From Chiloscyllium plagiosum (taxonomy: Eukaryota), in NCBI RefSeq assembly GCF_004010195.1, contig NW_025215201.1, positions 1-42,130 of the forward strand: 42,130 nt of DNA, given 5' to 3'. Of the stretch, positions 1-12,800 are shown in pieces. Made by a program: the position numbers and the translations under genes. The notes below the pieces were generated by a model. The model did no database searches, was not told the origin of the DNA, and was given only the letters and a program-made list of their open reading frames with translations. The stretch's first letter is position 1. Every line of letters starts with the position of its first letter.

Positions 1-3000
1 TAGTGCATGGTGTGTAATGTACCCTCCCCCAGATTTGGGTGCATAATGTATCCTCCTCAGTGTTGGATGTGTAATGTAGCCTCCCCCCGTGTTGGGTATG
101 TAATATACCCTCCCCCAGTGTTGGGTGTGTAATGTATCCTCCCCAGTGTTGCGTGTATAATGTAGCCTCCCCCCGTGTTGGGTATGTAATATACCCTCCC
201 CCAGTGTTGGGTGTGTAATGTAGCCTCCCCCAGTGGTGTAATGTAACCTGCCACAGTGTTGAATGTGTAATGTACCCTACCCCAGTGTTGGGTGTGTAAT
301 GTACCCTCCCCCAGTGTTAAATGTGTAATGTACCCTCCTTAGTGTTCGGTGTGGAATGTACCCTCCCACAGTATTGGGTTTGAAATATGCTCTCCCCAGT
401 GTTGCGTGTGTAATGTACCCTCCTTAGTATTGGGTGTGTAATGTACCCTCACACAGTAATAAGTGCGTAATGTACCCTTCCTCAGTATTGGGTGTGTAAT
501 GTAGCCTCGCCAGTGTTGGGTGTGTAATAGATCCTCATCCTAGTGTTGGGTTTATCATGTAGCTGCCCCAGTATTGGGTGTGTAATGTACGCTCCCCCAG
601 TGTTGGGTGTGTAATATACCCTCCCCAGTGTTGGGTGCATAATGTGCCCTCCCACAGTGTTGGGTGTGTAATGTACCCTCCCCAGTGTTGGGTGCGCACT
701 GTAGCCCATCCAGTGTTGGAGTGTGTAATGTACTCACCCCAATTGTTGGGTGTGTAATGTACTCTCCCCCAGTGTTGGGTGTGTAGGGTGCCCTCTCCAG
801 TCTTGGGTGAGTAATGTACCCTCCCCAGTGTTGTGTGTGTAATATACCCTCCCCCAGTGCTGGGTGTGTAATGTACTCTCCCCCAGAGTTGGGTGTGTAA
901 TATACCCTCCCCCAATGTTAGGTGTATAATGTACTCTCCCCCAGTGTTGGGTGATTAATGTACTCTCCCCCAGTGTTGGGTGTGTAATATACCCTCCCAC
1001 AGTTTTGGGTGGATAATGTACCCTTCCACAGCGTTGGGCCTGTAATGTACCCTCCGAAGTGTTGGGTGTGTAATGTACTCTTCCACAGTGTTGGGTGTGT
1101 AATATACCCTCCCCCAGTGTTGGGTGTGTAATGTAGCCTGCTCAGTGTTTGAGTGTGTAATGTATACACCCCAAGTGTTGGGTGTGTAATGTACCATACC
1201 CCAGTGTTGGGTGTGTAATGTACCCTCTCCCAGTGTTGTGTGTGTAATGTATTGTCCCCCAGTGTTGGGTGTGTAACTTACCCTCCCCCATTGCTGGGCA
1301 CGTAATGTACCCTCCCCAATGTTGGGTGTGTAATGTATCCTCCCCAGTGCTGGGTGTGTAATGTACTCTCCCACAGTGTTGGGTGTGTAATGTACCCTCC
1401 CCCACTGTTGGGTGTGTAATGTACTCTCCCCCAGTGTTGGGTGTGTAATATACCTTCCACCACTGTTGGATGTGTAATGTACTCTCCCCCAGTGTTGGGT
1501 GTGTAATATACCCTTCACCACTGTTGGGTGTGTAATGTACCCTCTCCAGTGTTGAGAGTGTAATGTACTTTCCCCCAGTGTTGAGTGTGTAATGTAATGT
1601 TGAGTGTGTGATGTAGCCTCCCCAGTTTTGGTTGTATAATGTACACTCCCCAAGTGTTGGGTGTGGAATGAACCTTCCCCCAGTTGTGGGTGTGGAATGG
1701 CCAACCAGTGTTGGGTGTGTAATGTACCTTCTTCAGTGTTGGCTGCGTAATGTACCCTCCCCCAGTGTTTGGTGTGTAATGTACTCACCCCCAGTGTTGG
1801 GTGTGGAATGTACTCTTCCCCAGTACTGTGTGTGTAATGTACCCACCACCCCAGTGTTGAATGTGTAATGTACTCTCCCCCAGTGTTGGGTGTGTAATGT
1901 ATTGTCCCCCAGTGTTGGGTGTGTAATGTACCCACCTCCAGTGCTGGTTGTAACGTACCCACCCCCAGTGCTGAGTGTGTAATGTACCCTCCCCAGTGTT
2001 GGGTGTGTAATGCACTCTTCCCCAGTGTTGTGTGTGTAATGTACCCACCACCAGTGTTGGCTGCGTAATGTACCCTCACTAATGCATGGTGTGTAATGTA
2101 CCCTCCCCCAGAATTGGGTGCATAATGTATCCTCCTCAGTGTTGGATGTGTAATGTACCCTCCTCCAGTGCTATGTGTGTAATGTACCTTCTCCTGTGTT
2201 GGGTGAGTAATGTACCCTCCCCAGTGTTGGGTGTGTAATGCACCCACCCCCAGTGTTGGGTGTGTAATGTAACCTCCCCAATGTTGGAGTGTGTAAAGTA
2301 CTCTTCCCCAGAATAAGTGCATAATGTATCCTCCCCACTGTTGGATGTGTAATGTAGCCTCCCCCAGTGCTGTCTATATAATGTACCCTCTCCAGTGTTG
2401 GGTGAGTAATCTACCCTCCCCAATGTTGTGTGTGTAATATAACCTCCCCCAGTGGTGGGTGTGTAATGTAGCCTCCCCAGTGTTGGGTGTGTAATGTACC
2501 TGCCCCAATGTTGGGTGTGTAATGTACCCTCCCACAGTGTTGGCTGTGTAATATACCCTCCCAAGCGTTGGATGTGTAATGTAGCCTCCCCAGTGTTGGG
2601 TATGTAACGTACTCCACCCAAGTGTTGGGTGTGTACTGTACCTCCTTAGTGTTGGGTGTGTAATGTACCCTCCCCCAGTGGTGAGTGCGTAATGTACCCT
2701 TCTCAGTATTGGGTGACTAATCTACAATCCGCAGTGTTGGGTGTATAATATACCCTCCTCCGAGTGTTGGGTGTGTAATGTAGCCTCCCCCAGTGTTGGG
2801 TGTGTAATGTATGTTCCCCAGTGTTGGGTGGGTAATGTAGCCTCCCCCAGTGTTGGGTGTGTAATATCCCCTCCCCCAGTGTTGGGTGTGTAATATCCCC
2901 TCCCCCAGTGTTGGGTGTGTAATATCCCCTCCCCCAGTGTTGGGTGTGTAATATCCCCTCCCCCAGTGTTGGGTGTGTAATGTATGTCTGTGTGTGTAAT

Positions 3001-3387
3001 GTACCCTCTCCAGTGTTGGGTGAGTAATGTACCCTCCCCAGTGTTGTGTGTGTAATATACCCTCCCCCAGTGCTGGGTGTGTAATGTACTCTCCCCCAGA
3101 GTTGGGTGTGTAATATACCCTCCCCCAATGTTGGGTGTATAATGTACTCTCCCCCAGTGTTGGGTGATTAATGTACTCTCCCCCAGTGTTGGGTGTGTAA
3201 TATACCCACCCACAGTTTTGGGTGGATAATGTACCCTTCCACAGCGTTGGGCCTGCAATGTACCCTCCGAAGTGTTGGGTGTGTAATGTACTCTCCCACA
3301 GTGTTGGGTGTGTAATATACCCTCCCCCAGTGTTGGGGCATAATGTGCCCTCCCACAGTGTTGGGTGTGTAATGTACCCTCCCCCAG

Positions 3388-3431
3388 NNNNNNNNNNNNN
3401 NNNNNNNNNNNNNNNNNNNNNNNNNNNNNNN
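3388..3431. other. Assembly gap (44 N) inside the minisatellite
   Basis: Run of n characters. True array length is therefore uncertain. Confidence 0.99.
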
Positions 3432-6400
3432 GTTCAAGCATTGGGTGTGTAATAAACCCTGGCCCAGTGCTGTGTGGTTAATGTACCCTCCCACAGTGTT
3501 GGATGTGTAATGTATCCACCCCAGTGTTGGGTGTGTAATGTAGTCTTCTCCCAGTGCTGTTTGTGTAATGTACTCTCCCCCAGAGTTGGTCGATGATATC
3601 CCCGCCCCCAATGTTGGGTGAGTAATGTACCCTCCCCAGTGTTGGGTGTGTAATGTACTCTTCCACAGTGTTGTGTGTGTAATGCACCCACCACCAGTGT
3701 GGGATGCGTAATGTACCCTCCCGAGTGTTTGGTGTGTAATGTACCTTCCCCCAGTGTTGGGTGTGTAATGTACCCTCCCCCAGTGCTGTGTGTGTAGTGT
3801 ACCCTCTCCAGTGTTGGGTGTGTAATGTACCCTCCCCCAGTGTTGCGTGTGTAATGTACCATACCCCAGTGTTGGCTGCGTAAAGTACCCTCCCCCAGTG
3901 TTGTGTGTGTAATGTATTGTCCCCCAGTGTTGTGTGTGTAACGTACCCTCCCCCAGTGCTGGGCACGTACTGTACCCTCCCCAATGTTGGGTGTGTAATG
4001 TACCCTCCCCCAGTGCTGGGTGTGTAATGTACTCTCCCACAGTGTTGGGTGTGTAATGTACCCTCCCCAGTGTTGGGTGTTCAATGTATTCTCCCCCACT
4101 GTTGGGTGTGTAATGTACTCTCCCCCAGTGTTGGGTGTGTAATGTACCCTCCCCACTGTTGGGTGTTTAATGTATTCTCCCCCACTGTTGGGTGTGTAAT
4201 GTACTCTCCCCCAGTGTTGGGTGCGTAATATACCCTCCACCACTGTTGGGTGTGTAATGTACTCTCTCCCATTTTTGGGTGTGTAATGTACCCTCTCCAG
4301 TGTTGAGAGTGTAATGTACTTTCCCCCAGTGTTGAGTGTGTAATATAATGTTGAGTGTGTGATGTAACCTCCCCAGGTTTGGTTGTATAATGTACACTCC
4401 CCAAGTGTTGGGTGTGGAATGAACCTTCCCCCAGTTGTGGGTGGGGAATGGCCAACCAGTGTTGGGTGTGTAATGTATCTTCTTCAGTGTTGGCTGCGTA
4501 ATGTACCCTCCCCCAGTGTTGTGTGTGTAATGTATTGTCCCCCAGTGTTGGGTGTGTAACGTACCCTCCCCCAGTGCTGGGCACGTAATGTTCCCTCCCC
4601 AATGTTGGGTGTGTAATGTACCCTCCCCCAGGGCTGGGTGTGTAATGTACTCTCCCACAGTGTTGGGTGTGTAATATACCTTCCCCAGTGTTGGGTGTTT
4701 AATGTATTCTCCCCCACTGTTGGGTGTGTAATATACTCTCCCCCAGTGTTGGGTGTGTAATGTACCCTCCCCAGTGTTGGGTGTTTAATGTATTCTCCCC
4801 CACTGTTGGGTGTGTAATGTACTCTCCCCCAGTGTTGGGTGTGTAATGTACCCTCCCCAGTGTTGGGTGTATAATGTACTCTCTCCCATTGTTGGGTGTG
4901 TAATGTACCCTCTCCAGTGTTGAGAGTGTAATGTACTTTCCCCCAGTGTTGAGTGTGTAATGTAATGTTGAGTGTGTGATGTAGCCTCCCCAGTTTTGGT
5001 TGTATAATGTACACTCCCCAAGTGTTGGGTGTGGAATGAACCTTCCCCCAGTTGTGCGTGTGGAATGGCCAACCAGTGTTGGGTGTGTAATGTACCGTCT
5101 TCAGTGTTGGCTGCGTAATGTACCCTCCCCCAGTGCTGGGTGTGTAATGTACCCTCCCACAGTGTTGGGTGTGTAATGTACCCTCCCCAGTGTTGGGTGT
5201 TTAATGTATTCTCCCCCAGTGTTGGGTGTGTAATGTACTCTCCCCCAGTGTTGGGTGTGTAATATACCCTTCCCCACTGTTGGCTGTGTAATGTACTCTC
5301 TCCCATTGTTGGGTGTGTAATGTACCCTCTCCAGTGTTGAGAGTGTAATGTACTTTCCCCCAGTGTTGAGTGTGTAATGTAATGTTGAGTGTGTGATGTA
5401 GCCTCCCCAGTTTTGGTTGTATAATGTACACTCCCCAAGTGTTGGGTGTGGAATGAACCTTCCCCCAGTTGTGGGTGTGGAATGGCCAACCAGTGTTGGG
5501 TGTGTAATGTACCTTCTTCAGTGTTGGCTGCGTAATGTACCCTCCCCCAGTGTTGCGTGTGTAATGTACTCACCCCCAGTGTTGGGTGTGGAATGTACTC
5601 ACCCCCAGTGCTGAGTGTGTAATGTACCCTCCCCAGTGTTGGGTGTGGTATGTAACCTCCCACAGTATTGGGTTTGTAATATACCCTCCCCAGTGTTGAG
5701 TGTGTAATGTACCTTCCTTAGTGTTGGGTGTGTAATAAACCCTTCCCCAGTGTTGCGTGCATAATGTGCCCTCCCACAGTGTTGGTTGCGCACTGTAGCC
5801 TCCCCAGTGTTGGAGTGTGTAATGTACTCACCCCAATTGTTGAGTGTGTAATGTACTCTCCCCCAGTGTTGGGTGATGTACTGTTCAAGCATTGGGTGTG
5901 TAATAAACCCTGCCCCATTGTTGGGTGGCTAATGTACCATCTCACAGTGTTGGATGTGTAATGTATCCTCCCCAGTGTTGGGTGTGTAATGTACTCTTCT
6001 CTCCGTGCTGTTTGTGTAATGTACTCTCCCCCAGAGTTGGGTGGATGATATCCCCTCCCCCAATGTTGGGTGAGTAATGTACCCTCCCCAGTGTTGGGTG
6101 TGTAATGCACCCACCACCAGTGTGGGATGCGTAATGTACCCTCCCGAGTGTTTGGTGTGTAGTGTAGCCTCCCACAGTGTTGAATGTGTAATGTACCCTC
6201 CCCCAGTGTTGGATGTGTAATGTATCCTCCCCCAGTGCTGTGTGTGTAGTGTACCCTCTCCAGTCTTGGGTGAATAATGTACCCTCCTCTGAGTGTTGGG
6301 TGCGTAATGTAACCTCCCCAGTGTTGAATGTGTAATGTATCTGCCCCAATGTTGGGTGTGTAATTTACCCCCCCCCCCAGAATTGGGTGCATAATGTATC

Positions 6401-6537
6401 CTCCTCAGTGTTGGATGTGTAATGTACCCTCCCCCAGTGCTGTGTGTGTTTAATGTACCCTCTCCTGTGTTGGGTGAGTAATGTACCCTCCCCAGTGTTG
6501 TGTGTATAATATACCCTCCCCCAATGTTGGGTGTGTA

Positions 6538-6866
6538 GATTAGATTAGATTACTTACAGTGTGGAAACAGGCCCTTCGGCCCATCAAGTCCACACCGATC
6601 TGCCAAAGAGTATACCACCCAGACCCATACTCCTACACTTACCCCTATCCCCTAACAACAAACACTACGGACAATTTAGCATGGTCAATTCACCTAACCT
6701 GCACATTTTTGGATTGTGGGAGGAAACCGGAGCACCCGGACGAAACCCACGCAGATACGGGGAGAATGTGCAAACTCCACAGAGAGAGACGCCTGAGGCG
6801 GGAATTGAACCCGGATCTCTGGCACTGTGAGGCAGCAGTGCTAACCACTGTGCCACCGTGCCGTCC
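6538..6866 (-). mobile_element. Full-length tRNA-derived V-SINE (HE1-like, elasmobranch)
   Basis: On the minus strand: A box TGGCACAGTGG (6845-6855), B box GGTTCAATTCC (6801-6811), V-domain GGAGTTTGCACATTCTCCCCGT..GGGTGCTCCGGTTTCCTCCCACA, and a LINE-like tail GGGCCGAAGGGCCTGTTTCCACACTGTAAGTAATCTAATCTAATC. Apparent TSD GTGTA at 6533-6537 and 6867-6871. Confidence 0.92.
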
Positions 6867-9800
6867 GTGTAATGTACTCACCCCCAGTGTTGGGTGATTA
6901 ATGTACTCTCCCCCAGTGTTGGGTGTGTAATATACCTTCCCACAGTGTTGGGTGGATAATGTACCCTTCCACAGTGTTGGGTCTGTAATGTACCCTCCCA
7001 AGTGTTGGGTGTGTAATGTACTCTCCCCAGTGGTCGATGTGTAATGTAGCCTCCCCAGTGTTGAGCGTGTAATGTACCCTTCCCAAGTGCTGGCTATGTA
7101 ATGTAGCCTCCCCAGTGTTGGGTGTGTCATGTACCCTCCCACAGTGTTGGGTGTGTAATATACCCTCCCAAGCGTTGGATGTGTAACGTAGCCTCCCGAG
7201 TGTTGGGTGTGTAATGTACTCAACCCAAGCGTTGGGTGTGTACCGTACCCTAATTAGAGTTGGGTGTGTAATGTACCCTCCCCCTGTGGTGAGTGCGTAA
7301 TGTACCCTCTTCAGTATTTTGTGCTTAATCTACAATCCACAGTGTTGGGTGTATAATGTACCCTCCTCCAAGTGTTGGGTGTGTAATATACCCTCCCCCA
7401 GTGTTGGGTGTGTAATATACCCTCCCCCAATGTTGGGTGTGTAATGTATTCTCCCCCAGTGTTGGGTGATTAATGTACTCTCCCCCAGTGTTGGGTGTGT
7501 AATATACCTTCCCACAGTGTTGGGTGGATAATGTACCCTTCCACAGTGTTGGGTCTGTAATGTACCCTCCCAAGTGTTGGGTGTGTAATGTACTCTCCCC
7601 AGTGTTCGATGTGTAATGTAGCCTCCCCAGTGTTGAGTGTGTAATGTACCCTTCCCAAGTGCTGGCTATGTAATGTAGCCTCCCCAGTGTTGGGTGTGTC
7701 ATGTACCCTCCCACAGTGTTGGGTGTGTAATATACCCTCCCAAGCGTTGGATGTGTAATGTAGCCTCCCGAGTGTTGGGTGTGTAATGTACTCAACCCAA
7801 GCGTTGGGTGTGTACCGTACCCTAATTAGAGTTGGGTGTGTAATGTACCCTCCCCCTGTGGTGAGTGTGTAATGTACCCTCCTCAGTATTTTGTGCTTAA
7901 TCTACAATCCACAGTGTTGGGTGTATAATGTACCCTCCTCCAAGTGTTGGGTGTGTAATATACCCTCCCCCAGAGTTGGGTGTGTAATATACCCTCCCCC
8001 AATGTTGGGTGTGTAATGTATTCTCCCCCAGTGTTGGGTGATTAATGTACTCTCCCCCAGTGTTGGGTGTGTAATATATCCTCCCACAGTTTTGGGTGGA
8101 TAATGTACCCTTCCACAGCGTTGGGCCTGTAATGTACCCTCCCAAGTGTTGGGTGTGTAATGTACTCTCCCCAGTGGTCGATGTGTAATGTTTGGGTGTG
8201 TAATGTACCCTCCCCCAGTGTTGGGTGTGTAATATACCCTCCCCCAATGTTGGGTGATTAATGTACTCTCCCTCAGTGTTGGGTGTGTAATATACCCTCC
8301 CCCAGTGTTGGGTGTGCAATGTAGCCTGCTCAGTGTTTGAGTGTGTAATGTACACACCCCAAGTGTTGGATGTGTAATGTACCCTCCCCCAGTGCTGTGT
8401 TTGCAATGCATCCTCTCCAGTGTTGGGTGAGTAATGTACCCTCCCCAGTGTTGGGTGTGTAATGCACCCACCCCCGGTGTTGGGTGTGTAATGTACCCTC
8501 CTCCGAGTGTTGGGCGTGTAATGTACCCTCCCCAGTGTTGGGTGTGTAATGCACCCACCCCCAGTGTTGGGTGTGTAATGTACCCTCCTCCAAGTGTTGG
8601 GTGTGTAATGTAATTTTCCCAGTGTTGGAGTGTGTAAAGTACTGTTTGTCAGTGTTGGGTGTGGAATGTACCCTCCCCAGTGTTCGATGTGTAATGTAGC
8701 CTCCCCAGTGTTGAGTGTGTAATGTACCCTCCCCAAGTGCTGGCTATGTAATGTAGCCTCCCCAGTGTTGGGTGTGTAATGTACCCTCCCCCTGTGGTGA
8801 GTGCGTAATGTACCCTCCTCAGTATTTTGTGCTTAATCTACAATCCACAGTGTTGGGTGTATAATGTACCCTCCTCCAAGTGTTGGGTGTGTAATGTACC
8901 CTCCCCCAGTGTTGAATGTGTAATGTACCCTCCCCCAGTGATGGGTGTGGAATGTACCCTCCCACAGTATTGGGTTTGTAATATACCCTCCCCAGTTTTG
9001 GGTGTGTAATGTACCCTCCTTAGCGTTGGGTGTGTAATGTACCCTCCCACATTAATGAGTGCGTAATGTACCCTCCCTCAGTATAAGGTGGGTAATGTAG
9101 CCTCCCCAGGGTTGGGTGTGTAATATATCCTCGGCCTAGTGTTGGGCTTGTCATGTAGCCTCCCCTGTGTTGAGCGTGGAATGTACTCTCCCCCAGAGTT
9201 GGGTGTGTAATGTATCGACCCCCTCTGTTGGGTGTATAATGTAGCCTCCCCAGTGTTGGGTGTGTAATGTCACCACCCCAATGTTGGGTGTGTAATGTCG
9301 CCTGCTCAGTGTTTGAGTATGTAATGTATCCACCCCAATAATGGGTGTGTAATGTACCCTCCCCCAGTGTTGGGTGTGTAATATACCCTCCCCAGTGTTG
9401 GGTGCATAATGTGCCCTCCCACAGTGTTGTGTGTGTAATGTAGCCTCCCCAGTGTTGGAGTGTGTAATGTACGCACCCCAAATGTTGGATGTGTAATATA
9501 CTCTCCACTAGTGTTGGGTGATGTACCATCCCAAGTGTTGGGTGTGTAATAAACTCTGCCCCAGTGTTGGTTGGGTAATGTACCTTCCCACTGTGTTGGA
9601 TGTGTAATGTACCCTCCCCAATATTGGGTGTATATTATACTCTCCCCCAGAGTTGGGTGTGTAATATACCATACCCCAGTGTTGGGTGTGTAATGTCGCC
9701 TGCTCAGTGTTTGAGTGTGTAATGTATCCACCCCAATATTGGGTGTGTAATGTACCCTCCACCAGTGTTGGGTGTGTAATATACCCTCCCCAGTGTTGGG

Positions 9801-12800
9801 TGCATAATGTGCCCTCCCACAGTGTTGGGTGTGTAATGTACCCTCCCACAGTGTTGGATGTGGAATGTACCCTACCCCAGTGTTGGGTGCGTAATGTACC
9901 TTCTTCAGTGTTGGGTGTGTAATGTACCCTCCCCCAGTGTTGAGTTTGTAATGCATTCTACCTCAGAGTTGGGTAATGTACCCTACCCCGGTGCTGGGTG
10001 TGGAATATAGCCTCCCCAGTGTGTGAGTGTGTAATGTAGCCACTACAAGTGTTCCATGTGTAATGTAGCCACACGCAATGTTGTGTGCTGTACCATCCCC
10101 AGTGTTGGGGTGTAATGTACTTTCCCCCAGTGTTTGGTGTGTTATCTACCCTCCCCCAGTGTTGGGTATGTAATGTACCCTCCCCAGTGTTGGGTGTGGA
10201 ATGTAGCCTCCCCCAATGTTGGGTGTGTAATGTACTTTCCCCTAGTGTTGGGTATGTAATACACTTTTCCTGAGTGTTGCGTTTGTAATGTACCCTCCCC
10301 AGTGTTGGGTGTGGAATGTAGCCTCCCCCAATGTTGGGTGTGTAATGTACTTTCCCCTAGTGTTGGGTATGTAATACACTTTTCCTGAGTGTTGCGTTTG
10401 TAATGTACCCTCCCCAGTGTTGGGTGTGTAATGTACTCTTCCCCAGTTTTGTGTTTGTAATGTACCCTCCCCCAGTGTTGGGTGTGTACTATACCCTCCC
10501 CCAGAATTGGGTGCATAATGTATCCTCCTCAGTGTTGTATGTGTAATGTACCCTCCCCCAGTCCTGTGTGTGTAATGTACACTCTCCAGTGTTGGGTGAG
10601 TAATGTACCCTCCCCAGTGTTGAGTGTGTAATGCACCCACCCCCAGTATTGGGTGTGTAATGTAACCTCCCCAGTGTTGGAGTGTGTAAAGTACTGTTCA
10701 CCAGTGTTGGGTGTGGAATGTACCCTCCCCAGCATTTGAAGTGTAATGTAGCCTCCCCAGTGTTGGGTGTGTAATGTACTCTTCCCCAGTTTTGTGTTTG
10801 TAATGTACCCTCCCCCAGTGTTGGGTGTGTACTATACCCTCCCCCAGAATTGGGTGCATAATGTATCCTCCTCAGTGTTGGATGTGTAATGTACCCTCCC
10901 CCAGTCCTGTGTGTGTAATGTACACTCTCCAGTGTTGGGTGAGTAATGTACCCTCCCCAGTGTTGAGTGTGTAATGCACCCACCCCCAGTATTGGGTGTG
11001 TAATGTAACCTCCCCAGTGTTGGAGTGTGTAAAGTACTTTTCCCCAGTGTTGGGTGTGGAATGTACCCTCCCCAGCATTTGAAGTGTAATGTAGCCTCCC
11101 CAGTTTTGTGTTTGTAATGTACCCTCCCCCAGTGTTGGGTGTGTAATATACCCTCCCCCAGAATTGGGTGCATAATGTATCCTCCTCAGTGTTGGATGTG
11201 TAATGTACCCTCCCCCAGTCCTGTGTGTGCAATGTACAATCTCCGGTGTTGGGTGAGTAATGTACCCTCCCCAGTGTTGAGTGTGTAATGCACCAACCCC
11301 CAGTATTGGGTGTGTAATGTAACCTCCCCAGTGTTGGAGTGTGTAAAGTACTGTTCACCAGTGTTGGGTGTGGAATGTAGCCTCCCCAGCATTTGAAGTG
11401 TAATGTAGCCTCCCCAGTGTTGGGTGTGTAATGTACTCTCCCCCAGTGCTGGGTGTGTAATGTAGCCTCCCCAGTGTTGAGTGTGTAATGTACCTGCCCC
11501 AATGTTGGGTGTGTAATGTACCCTCCCACAGTGTTGGCTGTGTAATATACCCTCCCAAGCATTGGATGTGTAATGTAGCCTCCCCAGTGCTGGGTGTGTA
11601 ACATACTCCACCCAAGTGTTGGGTGTGTACTGTACCCTCCTTAGTGTTGGGTGTGTAATTTACCATCCCCCAGTGGTGAGTGTTTAATGTACCCTCCTCA
11701 GTATTAGGTGTGTAATCTACAATCCCCAGTGTTGTGTGTATAATGTACCCTCGTCCAAGTGTTGGGTGTGTAATGTACACTCCCCCATTGTTGGGTATAT
11801 AATGTACCCTCTCCAGTGTTGAGAGTGTAATGTACTTTCCCCCAGTGTTGAGTGTGTGATGTATTTTCCCCCAGTGTTGAGTGTGTGATGTAGTGTCCCC
11901 AGTTTTGGTTGTGTAATGTACACTCCCCAAGTGTTGGGTGTGGAATGAACCTTCCCCTAGTTGTGGGTGTGGAGTGTACCCTACCCCAGCATTGGGTGTG
12001 AAATGTACCTTCTTCAGTGTTGGGTGTGTAATGGACCCTCCCCAGTGTTGTGTTTGTAATGAACTCTACCTCAGAGTTGGGTGTGTAATGTACCCTACCC
12101 CAGTGCTGGGTGTGGAATATAGCCTCACCAGTGTTTGAGTGTGTAATGTAGCCACCCCTAATGTTGTGTGATGTACCATCCCCAGTGTTGGGTGTGTAAT
12201 CTACCCTCCCCTGGTGCTGGGTGTGGAATGTAGCCTCCCCCAGTGTTGGGTGTGTAATGCTCTTTCCCCGAGTGTTGCGTTTGTAATGTTCCCTACCCAG
12301 TGCTGGGTGTGAAATGTACCCTCCCCAGTTTTGGGTGTGTAATGTACTTTCCCCCAGTGTTGGGTGTGTAATGCACTTTCCCTGAGTGTTGCGTTTGTAA
12401 TGTTCCCTTCCCAGTGCTGGGTGTGAAATGTACCCTCCCCAGTTTTGGGTGTGTAATGTACTTTCCCCAGTGTTGGGTGTGTAATGTAGCCTGCTCAGTG
12501 TTTGAGTGTGTAATGTACACACCCCAAGTGTTGGGTGTGTAATGTTGCCTCACCCAGTGTTGGGTGTGTAATATACCCTCCCCCAATGTTGGGTTTGTAA
12601 TGTACTCTTCCCCATGGTTGGGTATGTAATGTACCCTCTCCAGTATTGAGAGAGTAATGTACTTTCCCCCAGTGTTGAGTGTGTGATGTAGCGTCCCCAG
12701 TTTTGGTTGTGTAATGTACACTCCCCAAGTGTTGGGTGTGAAATGAACCTTCCCCTAGTTGTGGGTGTGGAATGTATCCTACCCCAGTGTTGGGTGTGTA

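Noticed and set aside
6790..6866. tRNA gene
   Set aside because: The A and B boxes belong to a SINE head followed by a V-domain and LINE-like tail. The same applies at ~22430-22495, ~17810 and ~39490.
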